Counted from the first letter of the stretch, positions 50,133 through 62,922 are shown. The stretch: 64,000 nt of DNA from Owenia fusiformis (GCA_903813345.2 CAIIXF020000001.1:29078001-29142000), one strand, 5' to 3'. Numbers and translations: made by a program. Notes: generated by a model from the letters alone, not told the origin.

Positions 50133-52303
50133 TAAGTTGCTAGGTAACCAAATAACTTTCTTCTTGAAGGAAGTTACATCAATTTTTGTAAATTCAAACA
50201 AATTAAGTTTTGGCTTGCTTTTGCCACAATCTGAATCACGATCAAAATTTGACTAAAAGCTGGCTACGCCCCCGGAAGTGGGTTATGGTGTGAAAGTAAC
50301 GTGCAAGCCAAAACACACCTAGGTCTAGCCTAGGGGGTCTAGCCTCGATCTATACTCAACAATTTATTGAATTAGAACGCTGCCTAAGCTAAAATGCTAA
50401 AATACCCAGGAATTTATTGAAGTAGGTATCTTTATCTTAAGCGTAAGAGGAGTAGAAAATTCTCCCATGTTGTAACCGTACAGTCAAAAGATTGAGACGT
50501 TCTCAGAACTATAGTCCTGGCACGGGATAAGGGTATCGTCTCTGATTAAAGTCCCCGTCTAAAGTTTAAAAATATTTTTTTTATCATTCATTTACTATTT
50601 GTCATGACTTAAAAAGTTATTTTAGAGACTTTTGGAAAAAAAATTAAAAACAAATAGTATTTGACAATAAATTACGAATTCAATGTGAATTAAATTTTGT
50701 TGACCTCAATTCTTCAAACCAAGTTATAGTTATAAACATTTTAATCAAATTGAAAGTCAATGATTTTTAATGAATTACTTAACAAAGTAAAACATTAAAG
50801 TTTCAAATCAAATGATAATACCATGTTTGATAAATTTGCCATTTGTATTTGTCATTCTTTGATTTATTAAATCAAAATATATTCAAATTCCCCACTCATT
50901 GAACATTTTACCAAGATCACCAAATTTTTTAATCATTGTATCTCCATTATATGCGCCTTGAAGTTTTGAAATATGAAATAAAAATGTGTTATGAAATAAT
51001 CATGTATTTTTGACAAACAGAAAGTAATTTTATGCATGTTTAGAAAATGAATTTGTAAAGATTATTTGTTAAAACACAAATGCGCTAATACATTTCACCA
51101 TACTATATATTGGAATTAATGTAATACCTCTATATTTTGTTTACTTCAACACCTTAATTAAATGCTTATCAGAGGAATCAAGATTTCTTAATTAGGTTTC
51201 TTAATCAAACTTAATATAACAGCATATTATACAACACAGGCTAAATTGAATTAATTTCTTTGTCTATATAAAGTCAACATAAAATGAATCAAAATTATTC
51301 TTATTTAATTATAAAGAGTATTTTGATCACATATGAGGCAACTAGCATAAAAGTATAAAGGTTTTAAAAGAGTGATTTTGACTTATCAGAAATATACATA
51401 AACATCATCAGATTTCAGTAATGAATTGAATTATACCTTAAACTATTCCAATATTCTTAATATTTTGCAAGTTAATTGCTTTCACCTCTTACATGTTGAC
51501 TAGGGTCCGAGTCAACTAGGGTTTAGTCACTAGGGACAATGCTTTATTACATTGCATGGCCTGAGATTTTAGTTTTCGGAAATATGTCAGCAATTTTCAA
51601 AATGTCGGAAGGGGAATTCCCCAGGGATTTCCCTTATGACTGGTGCATGCCGGGAACTGAATGGAGGAATTTGACGGTTGAAAGTATTACACACAAATAT
51701 TGCTATCAAAAACGAAAACCTCTTCGTTCTGCCGATAAACCCATACAATTGGCGATTCAACTACATAAAAAGAATTCTAAAATACTAAGGAATGTATCGA
51801 GGTAGGTCATTTAGGTGTGCAATGCGTAGTGTTTTCTCCAAATTTGTAAAAACATTGACTGACCAATGATTCGCGCGTACGACCACAATCTAAAGTGGTC
51901 GTAGAATTCGATAAGACAGGCCTTGTTATAAGGCTTTAACAGCCATGGGCAAGACAGGTCTTGCAATATAATATAGCATTGTCACAGTCAAATAAGGCTT
52001 TAACATTACCGTGGTCTTGACAGGCCTTGCAATATAATACTATAGCATTGTCATCATGGTTATACCAGGCTTTCACGATAACAATACCACGCTCAAGGCA
52101 GGATCCTTGCGAAACTTAAAAACACTTCATGTAATAACATGGTTGTACCAGGCATAAGTCTTGCAATAGATAGCATATGAAAATCAAAATAAAGATGGCT
52201 ATGTGTTTTAGTAAGTCTGTACTTGTGAAAATCAATCTAAAGATGGCTATGTGTTTTAGTAAGTCTGTACTAGTCTAGGCTAGGCTAGATCTAGCCTAGC
52301 CTA

Positions 52304-53020
52304 AGATTTTCGCCAGCTAAAATGTCACTCGACTTTTTTTGTGATTTTGAATCACAGAAGGCATTCTGAAGTTTCAAATTGGCGCCATGTTTAATTTTTG
52401 GCATCCGCCTAATGTATATCACTTACCTTTTATTGATTCTTTCATAAGTTTCGTCAAAAACTCAGTTTGACCAGAGTAATCTGTCTCACCGCTCCAATTT
52501 TCTTGAAAAATGTCTTATTTTCTAATCACCCGGATGTGCGGTTTACTTGAACTCGCCCAAAACGAGGGGTGTCAAACGCAAGATGGTAGAGATGCAGACA
52601 TGTCGCCACTCTCAGAGAATCTTTTCCATAATTTCAACATTACTACGCGGTTTCACAAGCGTATAGGATAAGGGCAGGTTCAGGTTGTATATGGACAAGA
52701 TGAAAATAAATATTCTAAATAGATGACACCCCTTTGGAAATAAGATGAACTGAACTTATCACGTCACCGATTTCTTAGAAGAAATTACGTCAGAAAAACA
52801 AAAGCTCCGAAAAGAATTTTCGCTTGAAATGTTGAAAAGCAAGCCCAGTTTTCTAAATAGTTACGTGTACAATATTACTGAGTTCGATGGTGAAGAAAGT
52901 AAGTGAATAAGTTAGGCGGTGGATCATTTTGTAAGTACGACAATGTAAATTAATGCGACTGTTACTTTTTGGATGGTTTTTTGCAAAAAAGTCGAGTGAC
53001 ATTTTAGCTGGCGAAAATCT
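52304..53020. mobile_element. MITE with AG...CT ends and a TA TSD
   Basis: TIR agattttcgccagctaaaatgtcactcgactttttt. Confidence 0.8.
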
Positions 53021-53086
53021 TAAAAAAAGAGCAAGGTCAGCATTCAAAATCAAATTTGAATTTCAGTAATAAACAGAAACACTTAC

Positions 53087-53310
53087 GATTATAGTTTGAT
53101 AACAGCTATTTTAACCATCAGAACATCACCCCTGTCTTAACTGTTCCCCGTGTGAGCCTAAACCTAGACAAAAACGAGTCTTTGGTGTAAAACAGACCAG
53201 CGATTAATGCACTTCTTGAGTTCTTGGAAGTTCGTGTCAGGTGACTACACTGAACGAAATAGCTTGATCCCGGGAATGACAGAGGACAAAGTTAATATCC
53301 CCCCCGGGAA
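53087..53310 (-). promoter_or_regulatory. Putative core promoter and non-coding exon 1 of the receptor gene
   Basis: gtaagt donor at 53081-53086; TCAGT Inr at 53249-53253; TTCN3GAA at 53221-53229; TTCCCGGG at 53269-53276 and 53303-53310; homologous to 9967-10345. Confidence 0.6.
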
Positions 53311-53635
53311 TATGCAATTGCATTTTGATTCAGCCAAGATCGTTTTGTAATCATTAAATGGTATCAGTACCATGTGGACTGAGTATTTTTGTAGTTAATT
53401 TAATATGTCATTGTTATAACATCAGAGGGTCAATAAAATACTGTACATATGGGTAGATGTCTATATAACACCCCTCCATCAACCATACTGTACTGTATAA
53501 AAAAGCTTAGACACAAGAAAAAGAAACAAATTGAAAGCAAAATCTATTCGAAATTCTATTATTGAATTGGGTTTTGGGCATGCGCTTTAATGTCGTAATC
53601 TTAATTGCTTGAGAATCCACATAGACTGGACTATA

Positions 53636-54662
53636 CGAGGGTTGATCATAAAGTTCTCATAATATCTCTTTAATTTCTTTATTTTCAATATATTCTAATG
53701 AAATTTTCACAGAATGTACAACATAGAATGTCTTATTAATTCAGCGAAAAATAGTTAATTTAACAGAAATATTAAATAAGAAATGGTTGCCATAGTAACG
53801 GCAAATCAAGGCCCCCCGGGCAAATAAAAGTAATTGAGAGAATGGCTCTAATTAACCATGTTACCACACATAATAAACTCTCATAAATTACCAAACACAT
53901 TAAAATATTAACTTGAATATGTTTTTAGGTGCTTTTACTATTAAAAAAATGATAATGTGGATTGTGTGATGTCATAGGGGGTGCTTTCATGCTTTATTAG
54001 ATGTGATACCAGAGTCTGAGACTCAAAGCTTATGATCAGAAATGACTGAGTAAGAGAATCCAATAGTTGCAGAGATCTTCAGAAAAATAAAATTCATACT
54101 GATAAAATGTTATGTTAAGTTTGTAAGATCCTTTGGTCAGACTAAACATGATCTAAAACAAATATATTGTTAAGATATCAACAAAACTACCCCCTGTTTG
54201 TGGTCTGTACATGTTAAAAAATGAACTAAAGGGGCAAAATCAATTTTCCTCAGGATATTTGACAAAACAGTCATGGGGTCTAACAGTCACTTCTAATGAA
54301 GCATACCAATCATCCATTATGAGATCACACAATTCATATGACCATTATAATAGTTCCCAACAGTCAAAAGCACATATCATTTGATAATTTAATGTGTCTG
54401 ATAGCTTATTTGACAATTTATAATGTATTTAAACATGGTTAATGAGGGCTATTCTAGCTAGCTTTTTTATTTGCCCCGGGTGCCTTGATTTCAAGTTACT
54501 ATGGCAACCATTTCTTATTTAATGTTCCTGTTATTCTAAATAATCTTTGAGGGATTAATAAAACATTCCATGCTGCACATTATGTGAAAATTTCATAGGA
54601 AAATATTAAATAAAAATAAAGAAATTAGAGAGATATTATGAGAACTTTATGATCAACCCTCG
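53636..54662. mobile_element. Mariner-type MITE with long TIRs
   Basis: TA|CGAGGGTTGATCATAAAG...CTTTATGATCAACCCTCG|TA. Confidence 0.88.
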
Positions 54663-55454
54663 TATATACTGTATAGGTGAATTGGAGTCACCTCATTGGG
54701 TGATTATTGAATAAAATCGACTCGTCGTTTATATGTTTATTGGAAATATTATATTTAGCATATAGACACCCTGTATATTAGAAAGTAAAACAGTCGGGCT
54801 CAGTAACTGATTCCGAAATTCAACAAAAAATCGCATATCCCTAACTGCTACTGATATTCAAAAAATCCAGTATCAGATCCCGTATTAGCCAAAATCCAGT
54901 ATCAGATCACATATTAGATCCCGATCACGTATTGGATCCCGTATCAGCCAAAATCCCATAGACCTATCAGATACCGTATCAGAACTACAAATATATATCA
55001 GAAAATTTCATGAGACTTGTGTTCTTATGGCATCTTATGATCCATATTAGTATTATGAATTATTTGGATTTTAAAACATTATGAAAAATCAGAAAAACAT
55101 TATAGCATAAATAGGTTATTGATGGTCATGATGGAAAACGATTTTTTTCCTCGAGAAAATATATTGGCCTTGGAGCTGTCACCCTCGGTCAAAGGATATA
55201 ATTCCCTCGAAATAAAATTCACATTCCATTCCCCCCATTAAATAAACTCTATGCCTCATTTTAAGTGCCGTAATCCCACACGTATTGGTACATACAGTAA
55301 AGAGATCAACATCATTTGCATAGATTTTGTCAACAGAATATTGAATGCAGGTTTTAGATATGTTGAGCTAAAACATTATGCAAAGTATTTCTATCATGAT
55401 ACATGTATTTCCTGTTTTTGGACTAATGGGATTCAGACCATTGGGATTCGGATA

Positions 55455-55943
55455 CTGTAGATTGGGTTAATTTAGCCCGCTTTAATTTGGCGAATTTGGC
55501 GAATTTGAAAAATTCGCCAATATAAATCTTCGCCAAAATTTAGAATGAATCCCCGGGAATTATCTAGGGTATTTCGTCCAGTGTATCTAGGTCACTTCCA
55601 GTTTAGTTTTTTCCAAAAATATGAAAAAATGTCTCTCATAAATTGGCTCAGAACTGGTCAGTCACTCATTAATACTCAGGGAAAACTAGAAAGGAAAAGC
55701 GCGGTATAGGAGCAGCATCGATCGAGGGGCAAAATGTAAAGGATGATCTCACAAATATGTACAAATGTGGTGAATATCGCCATTGGTCCTCAAAAGATAA
55801 AATGAACATAGCCAAACATGCCCATTTACATGATAGTTGCAAACGTAAGTTTAACAATTTTTTTGCATATCCGCCAAATCAAATAGCCGTCAATATGCCA
55901 AAAATCGCCAAATTAAGTAGCGCCAAATTAACCCAATCTACAG
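55455..55943. mobile_element. Tc1/mariner-type MITE inserted in a 15-bp repeat array (MULE-like end, about 55415-56030)
   Basis: TA|CTGTAGATTGGGTTAATTT...AAATTAACCCAATCTACAG|TA. Confidence 0.85.
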
Positions 55944-56065
55944 TAATTGGGATTCGAACGAATGGCATTCGGACTAATTTGGATTCGGACCATTAGGATT
56001 CCGACAAACTGGATTTGGACCAATGGTGTGTCATCGGTGCACTTTTAGCCTATTTCAGTATTTAA

Positions 56066-56533
56066 GCACGCTCGTCGGGGAGCTGTAGTGTACCGAGCCA
56101 GATACTAGACTCGAAAGAGAACGTGCTAAATTCAATGCCCCGTACGGGAATCAAACCCAGGACCTCCCGCTCTCGAGTTGACGCTCTACCCCTGAGCCAT
56201 AAGGGCTAGCCACTACAGCTGAGACTGTAGTAGCGACTTGCTATCGAAGGTCATTACACCATCCCCCCCTAGAAGAGGACGTCCCGTCGTAACTGATTTA
56301 CAAGGGCAATCCCACTTCTGACACCAATGTAACGACCCTTGGGCACGCTCGTCGGGGAGCTGTAGTGTACCGAGCCAGATACTAGACTCGAAAGAGAATG
56401 TGCTAAATTCAATGCCCCGTACGGGAATCGAACCCAGGACCTCCTGCTCTCGAGTCAAACGCTCTACCCCTGAGCCATAAGGGCTAGCCACTACAGCTGA
56501 GACTGTAGTAGTGACTTGCTATCGGTCATTACA
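56066..56533 (-). mobile_element. TRIM (miniature non-autonomous LTR element) with tRNA-like sequence in its LTRs, Helenus-like
   Basis: LTR 56328-56533 (TG...CA), PBS TGGTGTCAGAAGTGGGAT at 56309-56326, PPT AGGGGGGATGG at 56259-56270, second LTR 56066-56258 (distal ~15 nt missing). Confidence 0.85.
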
Positions 56534-57275
56534 CCTGCATTACTGGCATTACTGCATTATGCTTTGATAAAGGAAAAAATGATAGAACTTAGCATTCGTT
56601 CAGGAAGACATTTTGTATCATATTTTCCTTTCATCTATACATATACAAGAAACAGGACAGCTAGAAGTTTGAAACTTTTGCCAGAAATATAAAGCAATTT
56701 ACGATAATTTAAAATATCTCTGGGTGTTCTGACCCAACCCGAAATTGGTAAGTTGTTGTTTGTGACCCAACCCAAGCCTTTCCTACTGAGATTCAACATG
56801 ACTTGCATCAGATGAAAACTTGCCATATTTAGCAATCTCTTACAAAGCTTCCACCATTAGGTATTACCTATAGTATATATGGTATGCAATAAAATAACAT
56901 TTTTATTTTCCTGATATTTATTATACAAAATACCACATCTGACAAAATATTAAGTCTTTAACACTAAAACATCTTTTTAAAATTCCCTAAAGGAGTGAAT
57001 ATCATTGTGAATGAGGATACACATATGCACCCTTGATAACCCCCGCTCTGCCTCATGGGGCCTAAAACACTTCAAATAATATTTAAATATTTATTGGTTA
57101 TTAAACAGCTACGACAACATTTCTGATCAGGTGGCATGTCCAAGTACATTCATCATTGAATAAAATCTACTCCTTTTGGTGTAAATGACGATTCCATATG
57201 TCCTTTGACATTAGTATTCCCCTGAGTGTTCTTTGGATATTTTTTTCACAAATTCACAGGAAATGATTAAGTATT

Positions 57276-60200
57276 CTATGGTAATATATTCTTTATCCGG
57301 CCTAGTACACAAGCTGTGTATTTTTCTAAATTCACTTCTGTCATTGTAGCATTTTCCGCAGTCAGTTCTGAAACAGCCCCTTGCTTACATTGATCCATGA
57401 TGTTATTCCGATCTCCAATTGACATATCCTGTGAAAAGAAATAATAATTACATGTACGATATATTTCCTCCTGTGATAAGAGTATAAGGAAGTTGAACCT
57501 TAAGAGTTTCAAGTTTTTATATGCTTTATTCAGTCTTCCTAATTAGATACTATATCAGTTGAACAATATAATTATTTTGATAACTAAATGGGATGAGATT
57601 TGTTATTTATCGTTATTTGATTGTTTGAAACATGCAACCTTTATGAAAAGACAAGAATATATTGCAAGAAATTATGCTGATAAACAAACACATCTGCTAA
57701 AATAAACCATGTGACATAAAAACATAATAATGGGTTTATAAGTGTAATTTCTCCAAAACAATGTTCTTCAATGTACTTATAGGATATCCTATGATTTTGA
57801 GTGATATCATTTTTATCTACGAGGTGATATCAATATCTGCACAAGAGAGCGAATGAGTGCAGATAACAATATCATAGCCGTAGGCAGCGGGGGTTCGGTG
57901 GGTTCGAACCCCCAGTCAGGATTTCCCAAAATATAATTTTGCGGAAAAATGCATATAACCAGTATCATTAAATTACTGTGCTATTTGAAAACTACATATA
58001 TGAGGAGTAAATGAATTGATATTTGTTATGATGAACACGAGAGCCTTATTTTCTTAAAAACATGTCATAGTGAAGTTACACTTCCCTCAAAACGTTTGGC
58101 AACCTTAGGCACGGGGTGAGATGAGATTTTACATTTAGAAATAACAATAATTTCGCACAATTAGCTTAAAAGCACGCTTCTTCTCGGACAAAATAACCCA
58201 TCTTGGGCAATGGCTAAATCAGTCCTCTGTAGGAATTTTGTTTTAAGCCAGTTCTGGTCCAATGCGAAGTTATTGAAAACAATGCAGACGTCCCATACTC
58301 CAAATGATTTTTACAACATTGACGAATAAATATCTGGAATAGTCGTTATATTGATGGAACACATGTTCTTTCAAATGTGTACATCTCTGTTTTAAATTAA
58401 AATTTAAAATATTTCTTGGGGCGTCCCTGGGGCTGGCAAGTCCCCGAAACCAATTGCGTTAAGTAATTAAAAACGTTGTGAAATGAATTATTTAAAAGCG
58501 TGTATCATTTATAAACACAAGCATTTGTTCAAATTCATTCATTCTTTCATTTGTTCAATATTTATTTACCCATCACTTTCCAAAGAAAAATCAATCATTG
58601 CAAAAAATGATTTTATTTTCAGATACACTCCACCCATCTAAGAGATTGTATAGAATTCAAATTGTTATCGTTCCAGTTTGCTTGCTCTCCATTTTCATGT
58701 TATGTCATGATATGTTTAGCGAATAAATTATATAATAAAAAAAACATTGAAAAATTAAATGGTATTAATCTTCAAATAATGGAGGCCTGATTTGTTATTA
58801 AGCCGTCCAAGGAGGATTGGCTCCCAGGATCGAAACTCGATATTATCCAACAATGAAAACGTCGGAATGTCGTTATTTTCTAAAATTAAAACCGACAAAA
58901 TTTCAAAATAAACAGTTCAAAAGATTCGAACCAATATCTCGATCATTTCTTCTGAGTTTTGGAATTTTTCGTCAGGAAATAAGTCCAAAATTCAAGATTC
59001 AAATGTTGAAGTGAACAAAATGGCAGCTGTTTGAACTCAAATTTTGTATCACGACATGCCCTTATATGGGACAGAATATCGATGTTGCACTCTGGGAGCC
59101 AATCCTCCTTGCAAGCCGTCTGAACTTAACAGAATAACAGTCGCTTGTATTTATATATAATTTTATCCACTAAAACGTTTTTATTATCAATTGCGGTTGA
59201 TCTGCTCTGGGGGAGTTACCACTGAGCTCCGGGGACGTCCAAAGAAATATCTTTAACTTTTTAAAACAAAGCATAACCGAGACCCACTTATTTGAATAAT
59301 AGATATTTTCATCAGTAATACGACTATCCCGGATAGTTTATAAAGCCTTCGTGTAAATGTTGTGAAAAGTTATCATAGAAGAACGATCTTTCGGAGTATA
59401 GGGTGTTTGCGTCAATTTCAATAACCTTGCATTTGATCCGAACTGGCTTCCAAGAAAATTCCCGAAAAATAATGATAAGTCATTGCATGAAGTGATTTAT
59501 TTTGTCCTAGATGAAGTAGCTTAAGTTAAAGAATAAATTGTGCGATATAGTTGATATTCTTTGGAAACAAATCATGCTCCAGGGTCTTCCAGAAATCAGT
59601 CGAAATAATGGTGGATTCGGGGCAAATCAGATTTCAGGATATGTATTCAGTAAAAGATTCACCGGAATATATTTTGATGCAGAAAGTTAATTATAAGTTG
59701 TCTGACTTTTTTGCGCGTTGCCTGTTTATTTTACAAGGTCATTTTTGAAAATCATTTTTACGTCCTGTGTTATTTCAGTGGGAGAGGTTTCTTAATAAAG
59801 CCTATTACTTTCAGACTTTTCTCATGTCATTCCTTGTCATGTCTATTTTCTAAAAATCACAACAGTGCATACTTTATTCCAGGAAAACTAAAGATTTTTA
59901 CAAAAATGTAAACATTCTCATTATTTGGGAGAATTTAAACATTTTCACTCATTTTTGCACTTTGAATCATTAATAACTTCACCAATTTATAACATGTTGT
60001 GAATCTTTTGGGAGATATTGTATTTGATATTGTAAGGAATAGATTGGTAGGTCAATTATACGCGTTGCTTGTTATTTTGTCACCCCCTATATATCAGATT
60101 CTGCCTTTAATGAAGGTATTGAGATGAATTATATTTCCCCTCCCAAAATAGTTTTTTCTTTACAAATTATGCAAATAAGAATTCAAACTTAAAGATGCTT

Positions 60201-62922
60201 TAATACATAATCCAATGGGTTAGTTAGGCTTGCCAAACTTTTGGAGGGAGTGTAATTGTACAGATTGCATTATTTTAGAAACCCTAATGAAGGGGGGGGG
60301 ATTTGTGAATAACATAAAAATAGAACCCCCGGTCACCAAATCCTGGCTACGCCACTGAATATCACCAAGTAGACTAAAATGTTATTCTGAAAAAACCATA
60401 GGATGTTCTTATCATCCTACACTTAATGTACTTAATGTATAAAATCAAGTGGAGTATATCACCCCCATTTCCTTGACATAATGGTTTTCCTGAGTATATC
60501 ATGGCAATATCCTCCAGTTATTTAATTTGCCAATTGTCATTTATTTTTTAATGTTATTATACATTAAGTACACTTAGCGTAGGATAATCTATAATGTTCT
60601 CTATGGGGAAGTTTCCAATATTGTACCTTCCAGTCTGTGCAACATCCTTTTTCTAATCCTTTGTCTGAGCTCCCTTCAGATACTCCAGATCCTATGTCAT
60701 GGTCATTTGGAGAATGTCTACATCCATTCACACAAGGCAAACAAGGTGGACAGCCAGATGCTGCAACAAAAAGGGAGACTTGAATCTTACATGTACAGTT
60801 TACTGTATATAGAAATGACCAATGCCCACCTGAAGATAAAACGTTTGGCAGCACATATGTTAAAACATATGTTAAACATGCTATACAATCACCTCTCTTA
60901 AAAGACCATGCATAGACTATATACAGACTAATACAATTACGACATAAGTTATATAATTATGTATGCTATGCAATCACTACATATACTATACAATTATGAT
61001 ATAGGTTTTAAGATTCACATGAATATAATGTTCAATATTAAATGTTAATCATTTTGTATAAATTGGTTGATTCCTCTATCAAACCATTCTCCCGCACATT
61101 AAGTGTAAATATTGATCATAAATAATTTTTTCCTTCAAAGACATCAATCATCTCCACCAATAGTGTTATATTCACACTTACAATCTTTATCAGTTATGGC
61201 AACTCCTTGTTTGCTTTCACTCCAAGCATTGCGATCCGAACTGTTTCGATAGTTGACCCTTACAGACACATTAAACGTGTAGCCTTGATAGGGTTGCAGA
61301 CCTTTTACCAATAGCCACTCCCCAACTGTCTCACCTGCATTCTATGAATAATAAATAAATATTTCATTTCTGCCTGAAAAAAAACGCTCCAACTGTGTCA
61401 GTTGTTGACATTGAAGGAACACAATAAGTTGACCTTCTATTATCTTCTTTACAATGTATATTATTTTATTTTGATAATTCTGACCTAAATACTGTAAAAT
61501 GGCTAAACCGCATACTGATTAAGTTTCAATACTTGGGTTAATATTTTGAAGAAGGAATTAATAAAAGACATGCAAATCTTAACAAAAGTGAAGCAGATGT
61601 AGATACCAACCATTTACACAAAGAACTTATCATTAATTTAACTAGAAATTTGTTCAATTTCAGACTCCAGATATCAGATTTGTTTTTAGCTTATAGCTAG
61701 ATAAATAGATGTGGATACCATCAAGTCAATTTGTTTCGAAATTTTCAAAATGGCGTAGAATCTTAACTGCAGTCAGATTTCAATTCTGATTTCAGATTTG
61801 GAATCCCGAGATTTTGTAGATGATTTTAAAAAATGCGGTCAAATTGAAGCAAGTTTTTGAGGTCAAATATCTAAAAAACGGTAAGAGTAATCAAGAAAGA
61901 GATGGCACACTGTCTAATTGTCTTTTCCTTGGCCACATTTTTAAAACAAGGCACAGACGTGAACAATATCGTACCTAAAACACAGCAGTGTGACAGTGAA
62001 GAATTTGGGACGGAAAATCCAAAATGGCCACCTTAAAATTAACCCAGAATGCCCAAAAACTAATCAGTTGTTAACTTTGATACGTAGAAACATCCCTGTA
62101 AATTTCGAATGAATCCGTCAAATGGTTTGGCTGGAAACCTGTAGACAAGTCTTGAAAGTGAAGATTTTAGGACGGAAAATCCAAAATGGCCACCTTAAAA
62201 TTTACCCAGAATGCCAAAAAACTAATCAGTTCTTAATTTTTATACGTAGAAACATCTCTAAAAATTTAAGATGGATCCGTCAAATGGTTTGATTGGAAAC
62301 CTGTAGACAAGTCTTGAAAGTGAAGATTTTAGGACGGAAAATCCAAAATGGGCACCTTAAAATTTACCCAGAATGCCCAAAAACTGATCAGTTCTTAACT
62401 TTGATACGTAGAAACATTCCTGAAAATTTCAGATGAATCTGTCAAATGGTTTGGCTGGAAACCTGTAGACAAGCTGAAAAGTGAGACGCCACCCGCCAGG
62501 TAAATACAATAGACTCCAGATTATCATCTTGAGTCTAATTAAAATTTAATAATACATGTATGTCAGAATAAAAATGCAAGCCATATTGAGTTTTTACCAG
62601 ATTCTTCCAGTTTTTTTACTCTGTTGCAGTGATACTATTACTGCAAGAATCAAACTAATATAAGAGAAAAACAAGAAAAAAACAAGAAAGATGGCTTTAT
62701 AGAATATTTACTAATCAGTTAAATGGTATTTTTATTATCATTTTGATTTTAATATCATAGTTACCTGCCATGGTTCAGCACTATAGATTCTTCTGTAGAG
62801 CACTCGGTATACAGAATGAAGTAGTTGAACTGGATCGTCTTCTACTGAAGGCACCCATGTTACGTTTACTGCATCACTGCCATTCACAATGGGCAAAACA
62901 CTTTTAACCGGAGATGGTACAA
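57276..62922 (-). CDS. 3' part of an upstream cytokine-receptor paralogue lacking TM and cytoplasmic exons (soluble receptor or pseudogene); 5' exons lie beyond the window
   Basis: Exons 62765-62922 (phase 1-0), 61182-61341 (0-1; 33/53 aa identical to exon 7, AWSES), 60627-60760 (1-0; Cys-rich) and 57276-57428 (0-TAG; DMSIGDRNNIMDQC resembles DIPQEDKNGILKDC). Confidence 0.7.
58079..60252. mobile_element. Tc1/mariner-type non-autonomous element
   Basis: TA|CACTTCCCTCAAAACGTTTGGCAA...TTGCCAAACTTTTGGAGGGAGTG|TA. Confidence 0.75.
58808..59111. mobile_element. MITE with CAAGG termini and an 8-9-bp TSD (P- or MULE-like)
   Basis: CAAGGAGGATTGGCTCCCAG perfect TIR; (t/c)AAGCCGTC flanks. Confidence 0.8.
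61640..62540 (+). mobile_element. Chimeric or nested HINE-like element
   Basis: Ends belong to the agactccaga family; the interior (61945-62500) belongs to the 162-bp aatatcgtacc family. Confidence 0.65.

Larger units (their letters stand above)
57873..60357. mobile_element. hAT-like element (CAGTGGCGTAGC terminus) with apparent 5-bp TSD AATAT, hosting nested elements
   Basis: catagccgtaggc / gctacgccactg ends; interrupts a small palindrome at about 57779-60412. Confidence 0.65.

Noticed and set aside
56135-56484. Two tRNA genes
   Set aside because: Imperfect stems, no poly-T terminator, and both lie inside the LTRs of a TRIM.
48236-62922. Exons at 57-63 kb as the 5' part of the same receptor gene
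   Set aside because: They duplicate exons 6-9, end in a stop codon, and a separate promoter and signal-peptide exon lie downstream.
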